DNA of 56,555 bases, counting the filler, from Catajapyx aquilonaris (lineage: Eukaryota): assembly GCA_000934665.2 (NCBI GenBank). It is 3 parts of 3 records of this genome, joined end to end, with 100 filler letters (N's around TTAATTAATTAA, not from the genome) between each part and the next. Parts side by side here need not be neighbours in the genome. Positions count along the whole stretch, not along the records: positions 18,889 to 37,700 come from JYFJ02006624.1; positions 37,801 to 56,555 come from JYFJ02006625.1; 1 more part is not named here. One strand, 5' to 3'. This document shows positions 33,240-45,988 of this stretch, piece by piece. Made by a program: the position numbers and the translations under genes. The notes under the pieces are model-generated. The model was not told the origin of the DNA, did not search any database, and saw nothing but the letters and a program-made list of their open reading frames with translations. The first letter of the stretch is position 1; each line of letters starts with the position of its first letter.

Positions 33240-34418
33240 GTTGAACATTTTTGTGAAGTGTCCAAGATGCGGGGGGAAATGACCCTATTGTTGTTTTTTT
33301 TACATTGTTAAAACAATAGTCCTATTGGTCCCAGTGTCCTTATAAGGAAAGCTAATGTACTGTACGTATTAGAATCATCCTATAGTGACAGGGTTCAGCT
33401 GTTGATATCAACTATCTCTTCGAGTGACAGACACCTACAGATATTACTATATGATATTACTAACATGTGCTGAAATCCTGCAGATTTAACTTGTCATGTG
33501 CTGTACTGTGCATCATGTATGGTGTGAATTCAATAAAACTGGCGTTTGGAAATTTTGCACTTTTCTAGTCAGCTAAAGTGAAACTACAGATATGAACATA
33601 TTCCACATAAAATTATGTACACGCGGCAAAGAATTTGATGGCCATCTCTCCTGCAGTCGAAGAGAACACTGCGCTGTACAGTACCTGCAATAGAAGTACA
33701 GATAAGTAGAGTAACTAAATACTGTAAACTTTGTTCACTTTACATCGTAGTCATTTAATTATGGGTCAATTTCCACCAAATGATACTATGGGAATTGACG
33801 ACTATATTTCTGTTTACTACTCCAACATTGTGTTTGTTGTGAAAAATTAAACAAGAAGAGTAATGGTAGCAGAAATCCTTTCACCAGACCTCAGGTGACA
33901 ATATCCATGTGACTAATTTTTAAGAAACAGGGCTCCATCAGATAGCAATAATTATTAGGCTAATTGCCTGTTGAAAAGGTTGGAGACACCCAGACAATAT
34001 AGACTTCATACAAAGATAACCACCCGTCTATATCCAAGGCTCTTAACATGAGTGATAACGATATAACGACAGATAAATCACACTTCCAGGAAGAATGAGA
34101 ATAGAGTTAATAAATAAAATTGTTATCTGAAGATAAATAGTAGCAGAGGAATGGCGTCTATCATCATTGATTACGACAGCCAAGTTTTCTGTACCATTAG
34201 GAAGCCACAATATAAAACACGCCTCTGCTTTTTGCAGATTTATCATGTGAGACCAATGTCACGACTCGAACTATCTGGTGTTCATCGTGCGCAATATTAA
34301 CGACAGGTGAATAAAGACTCGACTCCTTTTGTCTGGAAAGGGCATGTGATGAACCTGTGCTATCAGATCACCACTGTTGGCTCAGTGTGTGCTCAGATTT
34401 GAAGCAAGAAACTCAGCC

Positions 34419-34496
34419 ATGGAAGATGATGCAAACGCAGGGCCACAGCAGTATGAAACATTGCTGCTTGAAAAAGAAGAAGAGATCATATGCGAG

Positions 34497-34567
<71 letters not shown>

Positions 34568-36984
34568 GGCTTAATGTGCAGATTGCAGCTTTGAAGGAGA
34601 TACATGAGGCAGAGACATGCAGACTGCGGAAAAAGGTGGAAGATTTGGAGACACTGTATTCTGGTCTGCAATCCAAAAATATGGAAATTAACAAAATGTT
34701 CAATGAGTTGAAGAACTATACGCTGCAGGTGATAGAAGAGGCTATTGATGTATGTTACTTTATTGGGCAAAATATCATGTTATACAATTAACCTGTCTTT
34801 ACACGTATTATTGCTTGGCCAGAAATCTACTCAAACAGGTGAGAAGAAGGAGGAGTCGGAATGTTTTTGGCTTAAAAAACTAAGAGCTTCCATTCGAGAG
34901 AAGATCAGTTCGCTTGAATCAGGAAACTTCCAACTGCAGAATGACATTTTGATGCACGAATTTAAGGTAGCACGTTTGCATATAGACATAAAAGACAAGG
35001 ACAATAAAATAAAGGAACTGTTGCAGGAAATTGATCAGAAGGTAACTTATCTACACACCATACGTGCTTGTCAATATCTTTTGCATTTTAAAATGAATGC
35101 TCAAAATTTCTCGGCAGGACATGAAGCTAGAAAGCAGGAAGCACAAAAAGAAAGAATTTCAAACTCAGATGATACGGATGCAGAACGAATTACAGAAAAA
35201 GGAATTTGAAGGAATGATTATGGAATGCGAAATGAGGGAAAACACACAGATACTTGACGAGATGAAAAACAAGGCTGAATCCAGGGTAGGTGGTCGCTTT
35301 CAAGTACTGTATTGCTTCCATATTTAAAAGTAACATTTAAAAAAATTTGTATGTTGCAGAAGAACGAATTGGAAGCAGCACAGGCCAAACTCAAACGCAT
35401 TGAGGAGGAGTTGCACCAAAAAGAAATTGAGAAAGTCAAACAAGAAGCAGAAGGAAAATTGCTCTCTGTGATGCAAGATGCTAAACTCAAACGTTATAGT
35501 GAAGCTCTAGAAAGGGTAAGCCATTTGGAGAGAGGAGAGAACATTGTTTTTAAAATTTTACACAGTAAGAAAACATTTTCTCCCAAAATGCCACTCTAAT
35601 ATAAGCAATTTTGAGTCGAATACCACATACAAAATTCTGGAATTAACATGACAAATTTTTTTTCCACGCCCAGCTCTACTCTATGAGAATAACGATTTTG
35701 GAGCGTGAAATAAAACAGAAAGACAAGATAATGGAGTACGTGCTTAAGGAAACCTACAAGAAGGTAACTATTTTCTATATCGTACAGGCTTGGCGATATC
35801 TTTGAGTTTAAGAATGTCATTTTTTATGCGGAATGTAAAAAAAGAAGGAGGCACTGATGCCCAGCGAACGAAAGGATTACGCAGGAATGATTACTAAAGA
35901 TGACATGAAAATGAACGCTGCATCCAGAGTAGGTGCCATTCTTGCAGTTTTCCTAGCTTTAATACATCAAAAGTTTTTAATGACTTCCTTACAGGATAAT
36001 GAATTGAAAGCAATAGGGGCCGAACGCATCCGCATCGATTGGGTTAAATTCAACCAAGAGGTAAGCTACTTCGACAACATTGTACAACAAATTCAAAATA
36101 GTTAAAAAAAATTCTCTCATAAACTCATACACATGAGGACAGTTCCAGTTGAATATTGAGGTTATATAAGTTATGAATATGTATGAGTCTTACCTTGAAG
36201 AAGATAACCGAGAGTAGCCTATTAATTATGTCGCTCTCCCGATAACTACACACAGGCTGAAAGTCGCTTCAAGAAGCTGATGGAGATGAGCTTTTCCCAT
36301 CGTATATCTGTAACGCAGATGAATCCAGCATGGAAGCCGAAACATCATCTGCCAAGACGCATCGGAATTATCTTCTGTCCAGAAGGAAGTCCGGAATGCT
36401 ACCAGATATTCAAGGGACCCACGGAAAATCACGAGGATTTGGAAGAATGTCTTAAGGATATTCTCTCACGGCACGACATACTGAATTGGAAGTTCCACAT
36501 TTCGACCACGGAGAAACACCATTTCCGTGTCATGCACGACGCCGGTTATTCTGTTCTTGCACGGAGTAAGCACTACATCCATATTAAGTTATCCAAATAT
36601 ATTATTTCAGAGCAACCGTTTCAGTTATAGTTTTCTGACTAACCTGCTCTTTTAAGCTATTTAGAAATATATCAAACGTGTTTATATTTGGCTTGTTAAA
36701 ATCAGTCGATTTAACTAGAGCGGATGAGTCTTATCTTGCTGAATAAAATATATTAGTCTTTGACCTAAGAGGACACCTGATATTAATTATGACTGGTTGA
36801 AGTTACTTTTCTGGACTGTACTTTTCCAGATTTCGACACTGATCGCTGGGAGAAAGTAGAAAGTTTTGAGAACATTGTCGATCTGTGGGAGGACAACGGC
36901 GAGGATGAGAAGTTCCTCCCTCTCGTAATTGTTCACCAGGATGAACAAGAGTTTCGGTTGACGGAAGTCGACTTTGAACTTTAG
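34419..36984 (+). CDS. Cluster gene D: coiled-coil plus C-terminal PB1-like domain protein (about 417-469 aa)
   Basis: Exons 34419-34496, 34582-34749, 34823-35041, 35118-35285, 35360-35515, optional 35674-35763 and 35995-36060, then 36256-36565, 36830-36984(TAG). Clear paralog of B and C (KAESR, NELEAA, AESRFKKLMEMSFSH, GPTENHEDLE, HDAGYSVLA). Start codon uncertain. AATAAA at 37067. Confidence 0.82.
34498..34567. repeat. (TAT)n microsatellite in gene D intron
   Basis: Visible run starting right at the donor GT. Confidence 0.95.
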
Positions 36985-37700
36985 TATTAACTCAAGAATG
37001 TAACATTAGAAAATATCGAACTCATTTTATTTGTAATGTAATGTGCGTCATATATGGAGTGAGCCCAATAAAGCTGTGGTGTTTTGAATCTTGGACATGA
37101 AATATTACTAACAAGGAGCAGCTCAAGGGAAACGAAAATTCTCAGAAGATTGTGGCTAATGAAACTCATTGACAGCTGCTTTGGATTTTTCATTCAAATA
37201 ATTTTCATCACACTTTGGACTACCACTGGACTGCATCACACAAGTGAATAACATGACTGTGGAAACGCCTGCACATCAGGTACTGAGTTTCTGCATCAGT
37301 CGTAACTGCTGTGTCGAGCAAGATACCTATTCAAGTATAGTTGAGTCACATAATTATTATAATGTTTAGCTCCAATTGACCTGACCCACCCATACCATTT
37401 TTAATCGAAAGTAAGGGTCAGTAACAGCAATTACTGCGCATGCTGAAAAAAAAAGTGCGACATGGCCCAATATACAAATTACAGCAGTTGCATTTTTAAC
37501 GAATCTTTGATTTAAAAATATCGATTCATTAATTAAAAGGTTCGTCGCCAGGTATGGAGAGCATGTTATAAGTAGTTCATAATACAACCTATAGGCGGCG
37601 GACGACTACCTGGCGGCACGGCCGTGAACTGTTTCGAATACAGTAGCCTTGGGTCTAACTTCTAAGTCCCCATGTCCACTTTGGCAACATTGTAATAATC

Positions 37701-37800
37701 NNNNNNNNNNNNNNNNNNNNNNNNNNNNNNNNNNNNNNNNNNNNTTAATTAATTAANNNNNNNNNNNNNNNNNNNNNNNNNNNNNNNNNNNNNNNNNNNN
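37701..37800. other. Artificial assembly linker / gap
   Basis: 44 N + TTAATTAATTAA + 44 N, same format as 18789-18888. Confidence 0.97.
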
Positions 37801-37832
37801 CCCCCCAGCAAAAATTTCTGGATCCGCCACTG
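37801..37832. mobile_element. Right end of a hAT-like MITE at the contig edge
   Basis: CCCCCC...AAAATTTCTGGATCCGCCACTG resembles the ..CGCCACTG terminus of the element at 25218-25475. Confidence 0.5.
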
Positions 37833-38383
37833 CCTACAGTATACCCACCGTCTTTCACAGCAAAGCAGCACTGCTGGTGTTCAGTTACGAAGACATTTTG
37901 ACATTCAGAATCAAATTGGCTATACTACTCATACACATATTATTATGTGGATGGTATGTTACATTATTACTCAAAGGTGTTCAATGTCCTTCTTTAGTCA
38001 ATGACCTAATTGTGTAAGGTGACCAGACGTCCAAAATTTTCATCCTTGGTCCTGTATATTTTCAAGGGACATTCATGATGCCCATTTGTCACGATTATGG
38101 CAGGGTTAGTACATTACGTAGGTGCAGTAGTACGACTGTAAATATAAATGTTATGCATATGGGGAAGACCCAAACCAGCATAACAACTCGTTACAGTGGC
38201 AAAAAAGTACTGTTATCTTCATGTCTAAATGTGATAAATGGTACGCTACACTTGCAATGGTCTTTTACCATCACCTCCTGCTCTCTCTACATTTTGAGGT
38301 GTCTTGAATGTGGGGCTTGGAAATCTTTTCGCCGTAAATTGTGGATTCATTAAATCTAAAAAAGGGTGGGGTGGGGAGGGGGA

Positions 38384-38740
38384 GGTGTGGTGGCTGGCTG
38401 AGATGGTAACGTCTCGGCTTGCTGAGTGAAAGGCCCCAGGTTCGATCCCCGCCTGGGGAACTTTCCTTTCACCTGCGTCAGGAGGGTCTCTGACCTGCAC
38501 CAAGGAGGTGTCTGGCAACCCAACCTCCTGGGGAACAGCACATGACCCGTAGCTATGACATTGCACCTTGCACCCAGGTTCCCTCACCAAAAATTCCTAT
38601 CCTTTCCCATTGTCCCTGTTTCCTTGCACCGGAGAATGAAGTGAAAATATATACAGAAAACTGATGGTGGTATGCCACCCCCTTATAGCTCCCGTAAGGG
38701 ACATCACAGGGTAAAATAACAAATAATTAAAATAATAATT
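38384..38740 (+). mobile_element. tRNA-derived SINE
   Basis: Pol III A box TGGCTGAGATGG (38395) and B box GGTTCGATCCC (38439), followed by a non-tRNA body and an A-rich/AAT tail. Ends are approximate. Confidence 0.65.
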
Positions 38741-39004
38741 TTAAAAAAGCTAAAAAAATATCATGCTATAAATGCCCAAAGCAAAATTTGTTTGCTACAG
38801 AGTCCCTTCCTCAGTAAGAACCTTCTTGCAATCAGTGGGTTTTAGCTACTTTGTGTGTATGTGCACAGTATCAAGTGTTATTTGATGTGGTAATTCTGCA
38901 CATCCTAGGTAGATTTATTGAATAGTCCATGTGGGATTGGACCACTGTTTTTCGACCTTAGTATGAAGCAGTTTTAATTCCATGTGATTTTTTTTTCCAT
39001 CCAG

Positions 39005-42000
39005 GTACCCTTGAAGATTCCCATTACATTAATGGATACAGTTCAGAGCACAATCACCACAAGAGAAAGGTTGACGTCTCTGAAGATGAGACCAGGAAGA
39101 AGCGCCACAAGGAAAAGGACAGTGATGACAGCAGCTCCACTAAGGTATGGTTTTCACAGCTTTTACTCTTGGCACACTGGAGAAGGTTTAGCTTAACCCT
39201 GTGTTGTTCAGTTTATTGTTGGATAGGAAACCTGGAAGCCCTTGGACTACATCAGAGCTAAATATCCAGCTTAAGGTTGTGTAGAGCTAGTTCGGAGCAG
39301 CCAAATTGATAGGACCATGGTTTCTTTAATTGTGTCAAAGAATAAGACACTTGACTGAATTAAGAGCAACTTTCCTAAGTGTTATTATTTCAGAGCCATT
39401 TATTGTACACTACCTGTCAGAGGTGTAAGCACACCCAGTAAAAGACAACGTGACAATGAAGAACACAACTGTATTGGCTTTTTTTGTGAAAATTTGTGCA
39501 GGAATGTTCATGGCAAAATCGAACAAAGAAATCATACAGTGGTCCTTTTCTCCTGTTGGAGGCCTATAATAGCTTCTCATTGATGCAGCAGCCATGAGCT
39601 TGGATGAATGCTGCACAGAGGTTAGGCATTCTAGACACCAATTTTTCTAGTGTTTCCAGTGTTTTCCCCAGGCATCTTGTAAAGTCTGCTGCAGGTGCTC
39701 AGCAATGAATGGAGGTACTTTTCGTACCACTCTGGCAAACTTGTGCCACATTAGCTCAATAGGAGATATGTCTGTTAATTGGGGAGCCCCAGCTATGGTT
39801 TTCATGGCACCAGACGTCTTGTTCTCCAGATAGTCGGTGCACAACTGAGATATACGGTTGGTGTCATTATCTTGTTGGAACGTAAACCCCTGGCTCAGAA
39901 TTCTTCTATATGAGGGCATTTCATGTGGTACCAGAATGTTATGATACACTTTTCTATCCCAGTTACACTCACAAGATCACCACTCTCTTTCCACCAAAAC
40001 CTCCCCAAACCTTTGTTGTAGATACCATGCAGTCAGGAAGGAAGATTCAACAGGGATCAAGGACAGGGATGGACAAACTAATGCAGCTTGGAGCCGAAGA
40101 GTTCAAACTTTGATTGTCCACAGCACCTTCGTCTACTGATCCACAGTCCAGATCTTGTGTTCCTTGCTCCACTTTAGTCTATTGGTGATGTTGGCCTTCC
40201 TCAGCGAAGGGTTTCTGGGCTGCTACCCTACCGCTGAGACCGGCATATTGCATGCCCCTCGCCACAGCTCATTGAGACATTGGGTTTGCCCTTCTTGTAT
40301 TGAGTTCCCCTGCGATGCCACTTGATGTGGACTTTCTCTTGGACTGGATCACTATGAAGTTGTCCTCACATGGTGAGGTTTTTCTGCGGGTACCACTTCT
40401 TTGTTTCAGGATATTTTTCCCAGTTTCTGCTTTCCTAAGCAGGGTTTGATGCATGGCTGCTACAGAAATCGTCAGTATTTCACTATGGCTCATAATGACA
40501 GCTTCATTTCTTGTAGCACACAGACTTGCGCCTTTGTCTCTATGCTGAGCTCACAATTGGTTGGCACCATCATTACAGAAAGAATCAAAAACTGTCTTTG
40601 ACTGTACACCAAAGAATGACGAGCTCACATCCACAGTTGCTGCAGTATGTGTGTAATTTGTGTTACCATACATGCTGTAGCTACTAACTGTGTTGCCAGA
40701 CTGCAGAAACCTAGACAGGTATGGTAGTGCATAGACAGCTCCCTAACGATCTCAGTCAAGGACATGTAACGTGGAAATCCAAAACTAAACTTTGAATGAC
40801 TATAAGTTACATGACTGGGCCTAAGATGTTGCATTAGTTACAACATTGGGCCTTTAGCCTTGTTTGCATGGATGGTTTTCAAGTGGATCTGTCAAAATCT
40901 GTATCCATCCACACACTGGTCTGTCAGCTTGGTCCGTTCTCCCATTGAGACAGAGAATGGACTCCCTGCCCTCTTCCCACATGGATGGAAGCAACAAAGG
41001 AGATTGCTGAAGTGACTGGCTGAACTTGGAATCCATTGTCATCCCCCTGTCCCCTTTCTGCATCAGAAGAGGTGGGAACTGCAACTATACGGTAGACAGT
41101 ATCACCGATAAGAAAGCAGGATTGTGATCAACCAACCAAGCCTATCTCCCTGTTCTGTCAGCCATGTTCAAAAGTGACTAGTCCCCATGAATGCTGAAAT
41201 GCTGGCATGTGGCATGGTGAAGCTGTCCACCCGCTCCATCTTGCTAGTGGGGGAAATTGCCGGTGGTTGGGGAACCAGGGGAATCATCAACATGAGAACA
41301 ACCCAATATCTTTGAAAAGCATCATGTGAACAAAGCTTTTGGTGTTGTATTTACATGTTGGCATTAGGTTACTAAAGATACAGTATCACATTGCACCTTT
41401 TCTCATATACCCTTACTAACATTTCTTCTACTGGAGTTTTTGTCCTCCTGCTAATGTTGCCAGTAACTATCAGTAACAAGTGATGGTGGAAACATACAAG
41501 AAAGATTATGGGAGAATTCCCATTATACAGGATGGCGCCGGTAAGTTGAGACAATTGAACAAATACCGTATATAGAAACGTCATTAAATAGAGGAATAGA
41601 TCATTACAATGAAATGACTGTATCTACAGTTTACATTTTTCAATGTTCCACCATTGGTGACTGCAACAACCTCGAGGATGGACCTGAAGCGTACACAGCC
41701 TTGGTGAGGATATCCTTTACCAGGTGTGCCCCATCATCTTGGAAACGGCAATCTTGACTCGATCCCAGGTATTGTGGTGGATCTTGTCCATCTCTCTCGA
41801 CTATGCTCCACATGTAGTAGTCAAAGGGGTTGCAGTTTGGGAAGCTGTGGGGCCACAAGTCCGACTCCCAGTGGTACCTTACATCTCTCCTTCATGTCGT
41901 CTGTCAGGAGGTGGCCAGTATTCAAGGCATAGGACTTCATCCAAGTTCTCTTGTCTTGGAGATGGTTTTGTGATACACTCCGTTCTCTTTGGCCAGGTTG

Positions 42001-45000
42001 TACATGGACTTGCTCTCTTCTTGTCAATCTAAACTCTTCTCAATCTTCTCAATTGAAAACTGCAGTGACCAACACCTTGTCTCTCCTGGTGCTGCAGGGA
42101 CGGGCATGTATTTTGAGTAAGGTCATAATTCCTCTTGGTTCTCGGAAGCATAGTAATCCTTTTTTAACCCAGTAAATCAGGCTCTTTTTGGAGGTAGAGG
42201 AACTCACGATCTCCTTGGGAGTCCTTTCGGCGCAGACAGCCACGATAGTCGTGGTTCTCTTACCCTATTTGCTGGTCATGTTGCAGTTGACAATGTTGAC
42301 CCTGGCAGTTTTGTAAATCCAAGAGAGACAGCTTGTTGCTATACCAATTACAGTAATCCACATACTGTCGTCTTTGCACTATTAGACTGCAAAATGTGTC
42401 CTAATTTATCAGTGCCTTCCTGTATATGTTCAGTGCATTTCTAATAGCACCTTAGCGAAAGGTTGAAATACCACCGTAAATTATCATTGCTGTATTATAT
42501 GGCTGATAAGAAATAGTAGCATGCTGAGAACATTTTTTAAAATACTGGCAATGTGCACATTAATATATATATATATGTTGTTTCTGTTGGATGTTCTAAA
42601 GACTAGCATACTTTCAGCGGGTGAAGGATGCAAGCACAAAGGACAAGCACCATCGCAGCCAAAAGACTGAGCCATCACCTCTTGCATTCAAGAAGGAGAA
42701 GCATGAAGAGGAGCATCGCCATCGCCAACACCAGAAAAGGGCCAAGGAGCTTTCGGCACCACCTTCTCTAAATGCATCATCCAGTTCCACTTCTACCCCT
42801 AACAAGAAGAAGAAGAAGAAGATGGCTATACCAGATGAGAGTGGTGCAATTGACTTTACTTCTGGAGCCAGCTTTGCAGATGCCCTTGGATTCTCTGACA
42901 TTTCTTCTGCTCCAAAGAAAAAATCATCAAATGGAGGCATTGCAGCAACAGCAACATCTGCTTCACCTTCAAAGCACAAGAGGAGGAAGCATGAGCAAGT
43001 TCACATTGAAGAAGACTCATCTTCTCGTAGTTCCAGTCCTAAACTAATACTTCCTAGTTCATACCTAGAGTCATCCTTACCTGATATTAGTCCCAATTAC
43101 AAACCCCTCCCTCAAATGATGCTGGCGCCTGATTCACTTTCCCGCCGGCGAAAGACCTTGACTGAAGAGGAAGCTCTAAGTGTAGCTATGTCTAACAAAA
43201 ACTCCCGCACCAAAGTATACTCTGGTGTGAAGACAGGTGGCCTCTCACATGTTCCCACCTTATATGATGCATGCATACGTGTGCTGCAAGAGAATATAGA
43301 TGGCATAGAATTTACTGGTGGGATCCCCTACTCTATATTGAAGCCAGTTCTAGAAAGAGCCAGCCCTACTCAGTTGTATACCCTAGAGCACCATAATCCA
43401 TACTTGGTTGAAGATACAGATGAGCTCTGGAAATTTCACTGCCAGAAGAGTTTCCGGAACAAGCACAGAGAGGAGTTTGAATCCTGGAGGGAGACATACC
43501 TAGTAAGAAAGTTTATATGTTGAATATGCAGGGTGGTCCAACATCAAGTGTCGTTTTGTAACGGCGATTAATAGCAGTGATTTTGCGATGACGTAGCAGC
43601 GACGCGTAAAATGTCCCACTTTGGCGCATCTTCGGCGCCATCGAAGTGGGCAATTTCCCACGTCGCTGCTACGTCAATCGTAAAGCGCTTCTATTAATAG
43701 CCGTTATAAAACGACACTTGATGTTGGACCACCCTGTATACTTGCAGCAATACGACTGCTACACTTTGCATGAGTCTGTGAACTGACGAATTTGCCCTCA
43801 GTGGGCAATTTTATTATTGATCGTCAGCGTAAAAGCAGGGCATGTGCACATGGTGGCAGAGCTAGCATGTTGGAGACCCTGGGAATATAATGCAAGCTGC
43901 GAATCTGCAATTTATAAGGAAGCTGTAGAAATCACCTGGGAGGGAGTGTATTAGTTCACAGACTTGTGCAACATGCAGTAGCAAAACTGCTGCAATTAGA
44001 TATTGAATACTAATAATGAATACCCCGTGATAGGCCCCTTGGGTCTCGTAGGGGATCATCTTTTGAATAACCGATTTTAATCATTTGCCTGTAATGTGAT
44101 GGATTTTGATAGTGGGAGGAAACGGGAGAACCCCGAGAAAACCCATGCGAAACCGGAGAGAACCCATCAAAACTCTATCCACATAAGTATCCTCTGTCCG
44201 ACCCGGGGATCGAACTCGGGACCTTAGAGGTGGAAGGCTGCGGCGCTAACCGCTCGGCCACCGTGTCGCCCGGTTATATTGAATACTATTGAGTTACTGT
44301 CAGATATTTGTTGTACAATGGCCTGGACTCAGAGGATTGAAAATGAAATTACATAAACTACTCTGACTCATGAAAGATATATGCATTGTAGCAGGTAATT
44401 TTTTCCGCATCTGTGTGTCAATATCTTACCTTAATCTGCTAATGTGTTTGCTTTTTGTACATGTCTAACCTGACTTTATACATTGCTGCCCAGCGCTGCC
44501 ATGATGAGCAGGAAGCACGCTTGAAGGCCCTGACCCACAACATCCAGCAATCAATGGCAAAAGCAACCCCAACCCGACAGACAAAGCTAGCCTATGTGGA
44601 TAGTGTGGCTAAACCCCCCCGTAGTATAGCCAAAAAGCAAGCTAAGTATGGGACGGCCTCTGCGGCTTCATCTTCTGGCGCTAAGGCAGCGGCCTTAGGC
44701 AAGCCTGGATCTTCCCTGCTTTCTGGGTCCACCATTGGAGGAGGAGCATCATCATCTATTAAGGCCCCAGCACCGTATGGTAAGATATGCATACCTGTAT
44801 AATCCCATGATGATATACCAGTAAGTTAAGCTTAGTGTGGTTACCTTGAAGGCAACAATCACTGTGTATTGTCATGTTTTATTGCATGAAAGTGTGTGAA
44901 CCAGCAAGTTTCTCCCTGGACAATATTCTATTCTTGATAGTGAGGGAGGAACCAGGACATACGCGGTCAAGGTTCGCAAAATGTGCCGGTTGGGATTGGG

Positions 45001-45203
45001 CAGGTTGTGTGGAGGGCATGGCTTTGATGTTCAAATTCTGTATCCCACACGATTGAGAATAGAATTTGGCAAGAAGCCAGAGATTAGTTGGATGAAAATG
45101 GCAGGACTAATGTGCACAATTTTTCACAGTCCCAAAGAAACCTAAAGTGGCACCACTGATGCAGAAGACCCTGAAGTTTATGAAGAACCGCTTTAGGAGG
45201 TGA
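39005..45203 (+). CDS. EloA: Elongin A (transcription elongation factor B polypeptide 3); 5' exons missing
   Basis: Exons 39005-39144, 42618-43502, 44494-44779, 45130-45203(TGA). Contains SPNYKPLP, RTKVYSG, BC-box VPTLYDACIRVL, GGIPYSILKPVLERASPTQLYTLEHHNPYL, ESWRETYL|RC, RQTKLAYV and terminal APLMQKTLKFMKNRFRR. The N-terminal TFIIS-like domain is not present in this block. Confidence 0.96.
39408..40500 (-). mobile_element. Decayed Tc1-family transposon (transposase pseudogene) in EloA intron
   Basis: Broken frames give FTFQQDND...DISPIELMW...LQDAW (DD34E-type) and SGTRRKTSPCEDNFIV. TA+CACTACCTGTCA terminus at 39406-39419. The other end was not located. Confidence 0.8.
41528..42422 (-). mobile_element. 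Internally deleted mariner/maT-like (Tc1/mariner superfamily) element in EloA intron
   Basis: WPHSFPNCNPFDYYMWSIVE resembles the WPxxSPDLNPxDY motif. Degenerate TIRs TA-CAGGATGGCGCCGGTAAGTT / AATTTATCAGTGCCTTCCTG-TA. Confidence 0.75.
43529..43736. mobile_element. Tc1/mariner-type palindromic MITE
   Basis: CAGGGTGGTCCAACATCAAGTGTCGTTTT ... AAAACGACACTTGATGTTGGACCACCCTG-TA; nearly the whole 208 bp folds back. Confidence 0.9.
44013..44275 (-). mobile_element. tRNA-derived SINE with V/Meta-like central domain and 13-bp TSD
   Basis: Minus strand: A box TGGCCGAGCGG, B box AGTTCGATCCC, then GGGTTTTCTCGGGGTTCTCCCGTTTCCTCCCAC and a short ATT tail. Direct repeat ATATTGAATACTA at 44000-44012 and 44276-44288. 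Confidence 0.85.
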
Positions 45204-45988
45204 ATTACTTGTAGGACTGAAATAATGAAAATCAAGGAAAATTATGCCTTAATTTCCTTCATTGTGGTAAGCCACAGGAGTTGCAAGTGGCACCTTCCTG
45301 TCAAGTCAATGAGAGAAAAAGACAAATGTGGAACAGGATGACAGTGCAGCCTATTTATCATGTTGGGTCTCATGTATTATCTTACATTTTAAAAATAATT
45401 TTTGGTTGTTGTGGTTATGTGTTTGCATTTATGTTGAAATAGTTTGTATGGTGAGTTGCAACATTATATCACACAGACATTCGTTGGTTAGTTTTCCTAA
45501 CACCCTCTGGTACCTGATGCTGCCGTTGGTTCCTACTAAATGCATAATGTGTACAGCAATCGACTTGAGCGGCAGGCCCGACAGTCGATTTGCAAGGGCC
45601 TGTCAGTGGACACGGAGCTGTGGGCTTCAGTGTTCCTTCTCTTCATCAAGAGTACAAGGGCTCTCCAAGAAGTACCTGGTGTAAATTTTTCCTACGGAAA
45701 AATTAATGTTGGATACTTTTTGAGCAGCCCTTGTAAGTGCACTTTCATGGTTGGGGACATTGAATTCCACATATGTAATGAAACACAGCATAATGTTTAC
45801 CAATTGCAGGGATTCAAAAGTGACTCGAGTCAAAGGTTCAGCATAAGTAGTTTAGTGGAATTCCATTTGTCACATTTGCATAAAATGTACGATGAAAAAA
45901 CTATGTAGAATTTATTCATTGGGTCCACCATGTACATTTTCTGGACGATAAATATGCATAACAACATTTTTGTTTGAGTTTAATATTG

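Noticed and set aside
34486..34570. ORFs with poly-Y, poly-L or poly-I (also poly-T at 53051 and NK/YS runs at 22567-22921)
   Set aside because: These are translations of intronic microsatellites bounded by GT-AG sites.
38384..38460. tRNA gene candidates (also 44195-44271, minus strand)
   Set aside because: They have A and B boxes but no complete cloverleaf, and continue into SINE bodies; one has a TSD.
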